Shown here: piece after piece, positions 1-11,600 of the stretch | How positions within the stretch are numbered: position 1 is the stretch's first letter | Layout: each line of letters starts with the position of its first letter | Assembly (NCBI GenBank): GCA_034780895.1 | Contig: JAUZTB010000072.1 | Coordinates: 13,539,816-13,603,815 of the forward strand | DNA length: 64,000 nt | Direction: 5' to 3' | Source: Rhynchobatus australiae | Taxonomy: Eukaryota | The notes under the pieces: model-generated | Database searches by the model: none | What the model was told of the DNA's origin: nothing | Seen by the model: only the letters and a program-made list of their open reading frames with translations | Translations under genes and position numbers: made by a program

Positions 1-1439
1 CCAAAAGCAGAATTTAGGAAACGAATGCTATTTTCCTGTACCTAATTCACTACCACACATACTGGGGCAAAACAAGGTATAAACATCTCTACACGTATAC
101 ATCTTCTGGTCTGCATTACATACTGACGCAACAACAATTGATTTTCTCTTTTCATATAGGTGGTTTTTTTATTCCATTCCAGTGGAGAGAGTTTTGTGTG
201 CTCTGCTTTTTGCTAATGTTTCCTTCCTGTATTTGTTCCAACTCTTCCGTCAGACAGATTGTTGATCGTGTGAAGTCCAATTGGCAGGCACCTCCGACAG
301 AGTTCATTCTGGTTTTCTCTTTCACAGTAAAACTTCATCAGCAAATAACCTCGCCTATATTTGACTCAGCATAAGTATTTGCTGAATCTAATGCATTTCC
401 AGAAAAAAAATATTTAATATGAACTGTAGGATTGAATGCTAAGTGGTGACCTGAACCATCATATCCAGTTTTAACTTCTCGCATGCAGCATTTATCCAAC
501 ACCTGAGGTGGAATGGGAAAAGGGAAAAAATAAAATAGGGTTCCAATTCCTTACTGTATTTCAAAACCCCCAATGAAGTATAAAAGTGGACATTCAATAG
601 ATGAAGCTTTTAAGCCAAAAAATTATTCCAAAGCATTTAAGAGGCATAATCAGACAGAAAATGAGATAGTCCTTTAGTGAGGTACAATTCAAAGCTATAG
701 CACAGATGCAGGGAGAGAAACTGGGCAGTGATTAAAAAAATGCTTCTACTTTTATAAAATGGTGTTGTCAGAACAGAGTATTACAAAGGAAGCAGAGTCA
801 GTGGACAGTTAGCTTAGTCAAAGAGAATAGACAGGGAAAAGGATGGAATCCATGGGAAATATCCACAATTTCTAGAGGGAACAATGAAAACAATGGATGT
901 GGTCTTCCAAACGTTTAACTAGTGCAGTAAATGACTTGAGATGGAAGAACAAACCTAGATGTTGCCAGCATACACGTTAACTCTGATTCCACATCTTCAG
1001 ACAATATTGCCATGGACATAATGTAATTACAAAATAAGGGACCATGCATAGACCTCAAGGAGGCTGAGTAGTGACGTTATGGCAGCAAAGTAAGCCTTTG
1101 GCAGGTATGCCATGGACTTAATTTTAGATGTACAAGTGAAGGCAATGCAACTGAGTTGGGCAACAGAGGAGAGACATTAAAGGAAAGTGGTATTGATGTA
1201 CCTACCCTATCAGATTGTCTGTTCATATTTGGTTAAGAAAAAGATTGCCGGGACAGCTGATTTTTGGATAGAGGGTATTAAATGGAAAGCCATAAAAACT
1301 CAATAATGAAACTAAGACTATAGTCAGAATGTAGTGACACCAACGAAAAAGTGAACAGTTACATGAAATTGAAATCAAACCAGATGGTTCACTTCATCTT
1401 CCTGGGCAATAAAGAACTTACAGATTCTGACGCAAGTGA

Positions 1440-1830
1440 GGAGGAAGTGTCCAAGTGGTTTGGAGGCAAGTGTGCTCTTTTCACTCGACGCTCAGCTTGC
1501 TTGCTCCTGACAAAGATAATCTCACAGCTGTTCTGAATGCAATTTTGAGCAATCATAGACCCACGAGTTGGAGTGGATATTACACTTTTTCCTAGGAAGC
1601 TTTGAAAACATCCTTGGAGAACTTTCTTTGTTCACCTGGTAATCTCTTGCCAAGCCAAAGTAAATAGTATTTTGAAATTCGGTATGCAAATGACTTTTGG
1701 AAAACAACAATGTAACTAGGACATTGTTGCCAAGGATGTTGTTCTGGAAGAGGCTGACAACTGTGGCTCACTTTCCTCACCAATGCACTTGGAGGATTTT
1801 GTCAGGCTCACCTATACTGCATCCAATCCA
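1440..1830 (-). mobile_element. Degenerate RTE-clade LINE fragment (ORF C-terminus)
   Basis: Frameshifted translation GKRLPGEQRKFSKDVFKAS/KKCNIHSNSW resembles the RTE motif GKRxxGGQRKRFKDxLKxSLKKCNI. Confidence 0.6.
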
Positions 1831-4800
1831 GAAGAGAGATGTTTATTGGTATCACACATAACAGCATAAGAAATAGGATTAGGTCATTCAGCCCTCACTG
1901 ATGCGTCACCATTTAAGAACAGGGCTGATCTTTCACCTCAGCATCACTTTGATGCACTTAATATCCAAAGACCTGTTAACCTCCAGTTTGAATATNNNNN
2001 NNNNNNNNNNNNNNNNNNNNNNNNNNNNNNNNNNNNNNNNNNNNNNNNNNNNNNNNNNNNNNNNNNNNNNNNNNNNNNNNNNNNNNNNNNNNNNNNNNNN
2101 NNNNNNNNNNNNNNNNNNNNNNNNNNNNNNNNNNNNNNNNNNNNNNNNNNNNNNNNNNNNNNNNNNNNNNNNNNNNNNNNNNNNNNNNNNNNNNNNNNNN
2201 NNNNNNNNNNNNNNNNNNNNNNNNNNNNNNNNNNNNNNNNNNNNNNNNNNNNNNNNNNNNNNNNNNNNNNNNNNNNNNNNNTCCTTGCATAATAGGAGCA
2301 AAACAAAAAATTTCATGTCATTTAAGTCAGTGATAATAAATCCGTTTCTGAAAACGGCTCTATTCTTGTATTCAAATCCCTTTGAAATAAATGCCAACAT
2401 ATTTGTCTTCCTAATTGTTTGTACCACCTGCTTGTTAACTCTAATTTTTGTGCATGGAGTACAACAGGACAGGTGCAGAATGGTTTCTTGGATCAGTGGT
2501 AAGAGAATGGAACTGATCTGAGAGTTGGCATAGGAGGTTATTCAGCCCATCAAGTTTATGTCATAAGGAAATATGAGAATGACACTCAGGTCTCTCTGAA
2601 TGTTACAAGGGGATTTTGCAACTCATTCCCTCAATATTCCCGAATAATTGTGCATAAAAATCAAACCATATTATATTTTTCCTGATTCTAATCACCCAGA
2701 AACACTGCACAGGCAAGCTGGTTAGAACCCTGTAATTAACTGAACGGCACTATAAGCCGATAATGAGGACGGCATGAGGGGTCAGAATGCACCAGACATT
2801 AAACATCTCAGTACCTGGCAGTACATTTGATAAAAACCAAAGTGAACTAGAAAAACTGTTACTGCATGTTTAGCAGCAATGATAGCCATACCACGAGTGG
2901 CTATTAGTCCTGGAAGCACATGCTGTGATTTCACTCGTTGGGGTGGTGAACCAGTTTTGGATTTTACCGATTACTACCACCCTCAAATTATATCACCAGT
3001 GGTATTTTATAAGTCATACTTAATAATTGTGTTCATACAAATCAAGTAATATTATGCAGCAATTTTTCCTCATCATTCTAGTCATCTAGAAATAGTAGTC
3101 TGGCCAAGTAAGTGGCCTGCACCCAAAGCCAAAAGTGAGGACAGGATGGGTGAATATTAGGTTTTAAGAGATGCTTATCACAATAACGTGTTAGCATCTT
3201 AAAGTTTATCTGGGCTTAGGTTTATAGCAGACCATGACACCACTCTTCCAACATTGACAATCATGAATCAAGGCAGTGATTGACATTCAGTTCCAGCACC
3301 ATACGAATTCTAATTGGTATTTCCAAAGATACTCATACTGGCTTCCCAAAATTTGAACAAAAAACATCTGAATTTATTGGAACCCATGCTGTGAAATTGT
3401 GGTAAGAAACATCTTTTGATAAACAAAGTACATTATTATAATGTATTTCAACTATTGTAAAATGATTCCATTAACAGAATTTTTGTTTCATTGGAAACTT
3501 TATCTCCCAAGGCCTGGGAGGATCAAATGCCACACAAGCAGCTCAGTTACAAGGTCAACAATTCATCTGCAATGGAGTGGAATTTTCTCTCAGTTTTCTC
3601 CATTTTGCCTCTTACAACATATTCCAGGCAGGTCTTGCACCTACCACTTTTCAGAATTTAAGCTCATCTAAAACCCTGCTGCCTGAGCCCCAACTCCTGT
3701 CGACCTGCTCATTTATCACTTCTGTATTCAATGACCTACATTTGGCTCCCATTCAAATAACTCGGCAAATTTTAAATCCGTTTGTGAGCTTGCTGCTCTC
3801 TAGCTTTAAAATACTGAGATAATTCCTCCAATCAGTTCTATTACAAACCAATTTTAATCACTGCACCACTTACTGTCCTAGGCTCCATTGGTCTGGAATT
3901 CCTTTTCTAATCCTTTCCAGCTGTGTACCTCTCCATCCTATTTTAAAATGTCCCTTTGAATCATCCTCTTTAATCAAGCTTTTGATACTTGAATTAATGT
4001 CACCAAATTTTTACCACTTGCACTAACATGTCATTAAATTTTAGCAGGTAATGCCCATGTGCCAAGGGACAATTTGTTACATTAAACGCAAGCAGATCGA
4101 ATTCAAAGCACAGCTCCTGCGCTTGTGCAAAGTTGTTTACACTTGTTATCTATTTGTTAAATGAACAGTTAACTATGCACATAGCAGCAAAAATCACTCC
4201 CTGAATATGCATCATGCACAATATTGAAAATCCATTTTCTGCAATAGCATCACCCTGCTCGACAATTTGAAACACCTCCCCCAAACAGTACATTTCCTAA
4301 CAGGATGCAGGTTATCTCCTTGGTTCACTGTTTTAAAAATATAAAGTCAGGTTCTATTATACTTTTTCAGGTCAGAAACATACAACGAACTCAATTGGCT
4401 CAGAGCCCAACATGATTGAAAACCTAGTAACCACTCCCTCCTTGCAGTGTCTCTCTAAAACCTTTCATTGTACCTTCCTTGAACCAAATCACCCACTTCT
4501 CCCAACTTAACTAGTATCACCTTCATTCCTCGTTCCAGTGAAATATCAATTGAGATTTTGGCAGCATAATTTTTTGCTTTACAAGCATTCAGTGACTTTA
4601 ATAAAAGGCACAGAAGTTAAACAGGACCCTACCCCTGCAGCTTCTTGCCCAATTTAACTCCAAACTGCCTTTAATTCATTTTTGAATGTTATTACCCAGA
4701 TAAAACAGGCCCATACTTCAGATGCATCAAGAAAAAGGCAGGCAACCTTTGTTTGAAAAGGTTGATCAAAGATACTCTCAACTACCAATTCCCAACACAG

Positions 4801-5559
4801 TCTGTACATTGTTACATGGTACTAGACAAATTCATGATCTCAATGTTGGCCTTCAATGTAGCTTAAAATTATCTATTTAATCTCATTTGTGATAAAGAGT
4901 TCAACAAAAATAGTTCACATTTTTGCAGTAAATCATTGTTATTCATTTGGACCTTGAATAAACAAAAGCATTCCCAAGGCTCCAAGTGGGACCAATTAGA
5001 TGTGCGTACAATTCCAGACACTAGAATTTCACTTAAATGATCTATGACTGATGTCTATATCAAATGATGAGTCAATTTTTGACATATCACATTTTTTTTA
5101 ATATCAGCTCCAGGATCAAACACAGAATTCACTACAAGTTACATTTAAAAGTCAAGAAATTATACCCTTATGGTTGTCTATAGTGTTGTCACTTTGTCAA
5201 TAATTAAATCAAACAACAGATACATTTACTACTAAAGCTATTACGTTAAAAATGATAAGCAAAAAATTAAAACAGAAAATGTTTTAAAAAATACTCAGCG
5301 GGTCAAGCATCGTGTGAGTGTGTGTGGGGGGGGGGGATGTGGAAGAGTTAGCATTTCAGATTGATACCCTTTGATTGAAAAACGTCAGTTAGGGTATCTG
5401 CAGCATCTGCAGTTTTGCTTTCCAAATGCAAAAGAAAATACTTCCTCATTCTGAACAGACCATCCCCTCGCAGTTCACAACAGCATCTTGCGACTTCCTC
5501 CCTCCTATCTTTCCTGCCATCCCTTCTAAACCACTGGACTGCCAGAATCACCTCACTCC

Positions 5560-6370
5560 AACACACTCCCCTCCTGCCAGCGGCCAAACTCTTCCCAGGG
5601 CGCAGCTCCTGCAATCTGAAGCGGGGACCTCGGCTGCACCGCGACTTGTGGCCGAGCTGTCACTGCCTTCTGTCGCACGGCCCGCCGACCCTACCTGTAG
5701 CCTCGGTTCGTGGTTCTCGGCGGTATTCTGTACACGTGAACCTCCGGCTTCACACACAGGACCGACTCGTAGTCGCTCTCCGCCATCTTACTGCCCACCG
5801 ACTACCGATGGATCCAATTCCGACGCACCCAACGATCAGAAGGCATCATGGGATATTGGAGGAGGAGCCTTGGGGCGGGCCCCGCGGCATCACGGGATAT
5901 TGAAGGACATGGAGGGAGGGGATGCCGCCATCCACAGAAGGTCTCCGCGTCATCACTTTACATCTGGGCAGACGTCACCATCACGGGGATTGTGGTGCAG
6001 GCACCGCCCATTGAAGTCCCCGCGTCGTAGCGCAGGAGATGTTAACGGGAGCGCGGTGCGGCATCACGGGATAGCGGAGGACCGCCAGCTGATGGCGGCC
6101 TTTTCTGTGAGGGGTGCTCCGGAAGATAGAAATTATGAGGGCTGGAGAATATTGTCGTGGTGGAACTCGACAAGATGGGACAACTGCAGGTAGCGAAAGA
6201 GGTCGTAGCTAGGGACGAGGTAGGTTGATGAAGAGGTTTGTGGGGCTGCCAGTCAGACCACAACGTCCAACAGGACGGTGCAGGAGAACGGCGACATCGC
6301 CATCTCCTCGCTGCAAAACACAAGGACGGAAAAAACAGTGGACCCTCTCGCCTTTGGCTATCGCTCCCTT
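5560..6370. promoter_or_regulatory. CpG island / NECAP2 promoter with four ZNF143(SBS)-like motifs, a GC box, a CRE-like site and a YY1-like motif over the ATG
   Basis: CpG-dense against an AT-rich background; (GG)CATCA(T/C)GGG repeats at 5842, 5886, 5979 and 6060; GGGGCGGG ~5872; GACGTCA 5971; AAGATGGCG on the minus strand at the start codon. Confidence 0.75.
5695..5786 (-). CDS. NECAP2: NECAP2 (adaptin ear-binding coat-associated protein 2) coding exon 1; later exons not identified (left of window or in a gap)
   Basis: Minus strand reads [30 protein letters not shown](R), the NECAP N-terminal PHear-domain start; 92 nt ending at donor AG|GTAGGG; in a CpG island. NECAP2 rather than NECAP1 is favoured by the VHVYRIPPR motif and adjacency to SZRD1 as in human. 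Confidence 0.92.
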
Positions 6371-8459
6371 ATTCCTCAAAATCATGGCTGTAGTTCTATT
6401 TCATACCCAATTCCCACTTACATTCTCGTAAGATCCAGCAATCTATTTTGCGTGAGCCTCCCAGGTAGACAATTCCAAAGGTGGCCTCCCCTTTGTTCTA
6501 AGAGTAAAACAAAGTTTCAGACCCACACAAACCATGAGGCTGCGTGAAAGTGACTGGTTCTGGAAGCTAATCTTCCTTTGTTGAAGGTGAAATTTGTCAA
6601 TGATCTGAAAGTCGGCAGATAGTGTTCGAGAAGAATCAAACTTACCTAATAATTTTTTGCACCAGCTATTCCAACTGAGATGGCCTTATGCGGTGCAGAT
6701 CTTAAGCATGTTGTTTTTGTGGATATGTTTCATTTTAATGAACTTGACAAAAATGTCCTCGGGATGATCCGTCTCTGGCAATGAGAGTACCATTATTGAG
6801 TGAGGTCGTATAGTTCACATATCATCGCACTAGAGTAGTGAAATTTGAAGTAGTCGTGTTTGAACTTATCCACGTTTTATTTTACTACATTATCTTAAAT
6901 GTTTGGACAAACATTTCGACAAGTTTTGACAAAGTTTTATCAAAACTTGCATAATTAATTGATAAAACTAAATAAACTATTGCTAATAACTGTCTTTCAA
7001 ATGGAAGTTCAAAATGCATCATTACTCCTAATGTAGGGTCTCAAGCCAAAATGTCAACCATCCCTTTGCCTCCAAAGATTCTGTCTGACCCATTGAGTAC
7101 CCCCTGCGATTTGTTTTTTTTGTCCCAGCACCTGCAGTGTCATGTCTTCTTCTGGTTCTGCCTTTCTTAAATCAGAAGGTCCTGCTTTGCTTCATTCAGT
7201 TACAAAATTAGTAATTAAATTTGTCATGCTCATTTTAATAATTATTTTTGTCCTCTTCCATTAGAAATTTGCTGCCTCTTGGCCATCACCAAAAGCTTTA
7301 TGCAGAAGCAAAAACAATGTGTTCTGACTGCCACAGTTGCACAATTGCTTTTGCTGCTGCTTTTTCTGTGTTCATTTGGTTCTTTCTACCTGTGGGAAGT
7401 GTCTCAAAAATCTCAGGACATACTGGCCTGATGGTACTATTTTCTTGCATAGAATAAGTAACATGCAGTCCTTGCCATCAGGAGCTCTTGGAGTTATGAA
7501 ATTCAGGGGCATCTTCACAGTCATCATCAAAATATTCATTGGCCATCTTTCTGATGTTTAGGCTTTTGTTTGTTGGCAGAGGCCTTTTATTTGCAAACTT
7601 TTCACTATGGAAGTAGTCAGCCTTGTATCAAATTATAATATGGGCCTGTCCTAATTGTTTACTTTGGTCAAAATTCTTCAGATGGTGATTCTATCACAAA
7701 TTTTGTTTCCCTCCAAAGNNNNTTTTGATTTTACTGATTTCTCTTACAACTTCGCCTTAAACAAAAGTCTGAGAAAAGTGGGCCCATGTAGGAGCTGACA
7801 GCTATTATCCATTTTCCTTTTAAAGACATGCAGAATTAGTACCCTTTGGTAGGCATTTATAACAATGTTCAGTGCCAAAAATGTTTTTAATATGCATAAG
7901 AAAATGATTCAATTAATAAATATTAATTTATGTTTATCCATCACCACATCATAGACCACAAACTCCCATGTTCTCTGCAAATTTAGACCGTCTCCAGCAG
8001 ACAGGACACTAACAGTTGTCTTTTAATGATCCAAATATCAGAATTATGGTTTCTCTGAAATAAAGTGCAACAATCATGTTTAGGTTCCAAGCATGAAGTA
8101 TGGTCATATGGCAAATTCTTGAATGCTTTACAATAGAAATTTCTCTCTCTTGGGGGTAGTATTTTCTTTCAAGAATCAGATGGCTCTCTTTTGCTTAATG
8201 TAAGACTGTACTGTATGTCTCTAATTCCAGTTGTCTTCCCACCCCCTTTTCCTTCAGAGCAATTCCTTTGCTGGGTGGTTTTAAACTATGAAATTTCTCT
8301 TATATGCCACCCATCTTCAACCAAGCTTTTAGCCACCTTCCAAATATCACCTTTATCATCCTACACTACCCTTAAATTAATTTAGTTCAACCATCTTGAG
8401 TATTCTCAGCAATAAGGCAGATTTATATTATGCAATTCAGGTAACTTACAATACAGAGA

Positions 8460-8635
8460 CACAGACTACAGATGGAATCTGGAGCAAAACAAAAGCAAAC
8501 TGCTGGAGGAACTCAGTAAGTCAAGTAGGTTCTGTGGAGGCAAAGGAAGAGTCACGATCCAAAACATCAACCATCTCTTTGCCTCCACAGATCCTGCCTA
8601 ACCTGCCAAGTTCCTCCAGCAGTTTGTTGTTTTAC
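8460..8635. repeat. Palindromic (head-to-head) Penelope-terminus-like MITE
   Basis: AAACTGCTGGAGGAACTCAG...CTGTGGAGGCAAAG followed by its inverted copy CTTTGCCTCCACAG...AGTTCCTCCAGCAGTTTG. Confidence 0.7.
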
Positions 8636-11600
8636 AACTGTTATAATACATCGTGCATCAACCCAGCTAGCATGGTTGCTTAACCAATAAATTTCAAATT
8701 TCTAAACCTCTTCAATTCCTTAACACTTGCATGTAAGTTTTTGGTCACCTGTCCTAACCTTCGACAGGGTGTAATATTTTGTTTGATACTTTACACGTTG
8801 AAGATTCTTGGGATTTTAATATAATTCCAAAGACATATGGGTAGGTTAACATGGGTTTAAAATGGGTAGCGCAAACTCATTGGGCCAGAAGGGCCTGTTG
8901 CCACGCTGTAAATAAAATTTTTAAAAATTTATATAAATGCAAGCTATTGCTGTCTTCCTGTACTAATGTTTGAGATAAATAGGAGACAAATTCAGATAAA
9001 AAACAGGCATGGAAATTATAGGAGACATTTGAAATGAGTCAACTTTTCATGCACTTTTAAAGACTTTTCATAGGAAACTTCCAAAGTGGTTTAAATGGAA
9101 AAATATAACAAAACTATTTTTCCTTGTTCAGATGGATCAGACCCAATAAAAATTGGAGCTACAATAGATGTGAAGAATTCAAACCACAGCAGTAAATAAG
9201 ACTTTCATTGAATGTCTAGTGAGTTATGCATTCCTATATTTTTACTGTCCTATTNNNNNNNNNNNNNNNNNNNNNNNNNNNNNNNNNNNNNNNNNNNNNN
9301 NNNNNNNNNNNNNNNNNNNNNNNNNNNNNNNNNNNNNNNNNNNNNNNNNNNNNNCACAAAAATATCCTGCAATTAAAAAAGAGCCCTATTCACTGTCAGA
9401 AGATCACCCCAAATCAAACAGAGGACACCAGTGACAAGACCAAGCTGTTGAGACTAAACTTATAAAATTTTACTCAAAATATAGTTAACTTTGCCAGTCA
9501 GTTATAAACAGAAGTTGTACAGATCATATTTAGCAATCACAGACCAGAACTTTCCTTTTGCTGAATGCTGTAAGAAAATGCTGCTTTAAAAGGAGTCCAG
9601 ATGACATTACAGGATAAAATATAATTAAAAGGAAAGCAGTAGCAAAAGCATCTATTTTAGATAAAGATGTTTTACAGGCAATTAAACAGTATTTGCACAT
9701 CTTTCCCAGCCTTCCTGCAAATAAACATCTATAATAAATTCAACCGAAAAACAGCCGTGAACACTGAATCCCACAAATATTACAATGTGTACATTGTCAG
9801 TAAATAATGACAAAATACAGTGATAGACATCATGCCTGCTGATCAACACAAAATAATTCCATTTAGATTGTGTGACAGGCATCCAGCAGTTGTTTACATC
9901 ACTAACAAAATGGCACAGGAACGCACCATTTCCACAGTGCAACAGCATGCGAGAACCTGATAGACACATTCACCAAATCAGCATTTTGCTTAAAGGGGCT
10001 GTTTCTTAATAAATATTCCTAGAAGCTTTGTTTGGTGACACTACAGCCATTCTGATTAAGTGCCTCACAAAATGTTTACAGATCTTTTTCAGATGCTACC
10101 TGATCAACCATATAATTCTGTTTCAATCAAACTTGTATATCTTGAACTCCAGTCACAAATGAGCAGTGAATCCCATCCATACAATAGTCACACAGTTTAT
10201 CCAACCAGATGATGCCCTTTCAGAATTCACAAACTACTGTCCAATTAAAATAAAACTAGCAGATTGTGAAAGTTCAGTAAATCTGAAAATCAAGTCTCAA
10301 GTTTTGCAACATACAAATATCTTCTCCAATTATGACAATCTCTACCAGGGAAACAATGATTTGACAAATCATAGTAAAACCATCCATCTCTACCAAGATA
10401 CTAAATCCTTTAAGAGAAGAACATGCTATTTGATGGACAGTGGCTTTTTTTGCATAATGTGCAAATGCCACATGTGGATCAATTGAAAGCTGAAGACATA
10501 CTGAATTTTGCCTACATTTACAACCAAGATTAGGCATGATAACCAAACCAAAAATCAACTTAAGGAAAGCCTGGCAAGGGCAAGTTCAAGACAAGTCCTT
10601 TTCTTAGAAACAACAGCAGAATTGACTTGGAAACCTGGGTAGGGTTTTAGAGAAGGATGTATTTTGTTAAAGTTATGAGAAAAGGAACTAATCAATAGCC
10701 ATAAAGCAGCATATTCTCAAAATAACCATTATACAAGTTTATAAACAAGGATAGATACCACTTTTGAACCCTTCAGGTTTGACATACATCATTGGTCCTT
10801 TCACCGGCCCAATCACTCAGCTTTTAAGAACCTCTGCAGGGAATCCATTGTTTAAAAGAGACTGGTTTAGATAATTAAAAATTTCAAATTAAAATCGGAC
10901 ATTTGATTGCACAAAAACAATTGTATAAACCTAACGAAAGTGTACAATGATGCTGCTTTGTGTAAAAAAACCTTGAATCAGTGGTCTAGGCTCATGTATC
11001 AGTCTAATTTGTAAATGTTTATCTCCTTCCCATTTCTCCTGTCCCGCCTCTCACCTGCAGTTCAGTTTTTAGATACAAATGCAATGTCTGCAACACCAAT
11101 GATATTCTAGGTTTACTTGATTGGCATCAGGCTTACTGCCAAGTATTTCCATTTATCTGACAGACTACATACAAGTGGCATGTCATCCTTCAGATAAAAC
11201 AATATGATCTGAATAAGAACTCATCATTTCAGAAGCTTGGATATTAGGCTGATTTCTTGTCTTTTTCTTCTTTGAGGCAAGATATACTGACACACTAATG
11301 GAATTCAAGAGTATATTACTATTGCTTAGTAACTGAAACCATTAATCACATTCAGCACAATGAAGCTACCATCTACAGGACCCGCTGGTACAATGACAAG
11401 TGGATGATTCTACAAATCTAGATTTAACAATCATCTTGATTTGTTTATTCAAGATAAGCAAATTTGATGTTCTTTCAAGCCATTTTGATTTGCATTTAGA
11501 CCATAGCTATTTGGGACAATACTGTCCAAATTCCAGTCTGTTGCATTCTCTATGGGATTTAAAAAGACTACCTACAATTGTTAAAGCATGACTTCTCATA

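Noticed and set aside
1901-2521. ORFs spanning N runs (also near 11.6-12.2 kb and 62.1-62.6 kb)
   Set aside because: Their length comes from unknown bases.
5415-6547. Long plus-strand ORFs (162, 255 and 89 aa) in the NECAP2 island
   Set aside because: They result from stop-codon scarcity in GC-rich DNA, overlap NECAP2 exon 1 antisense and show no domain; the repeated RHHGI peptide reflects DNA motifs.
6600-8000. Possible DNA-transposon fossil with coding-like minus-strand fragments
   Set aside because: No TIRs, TSD or recognisable DDE motif found; cannot be supported without a repeat-library search.
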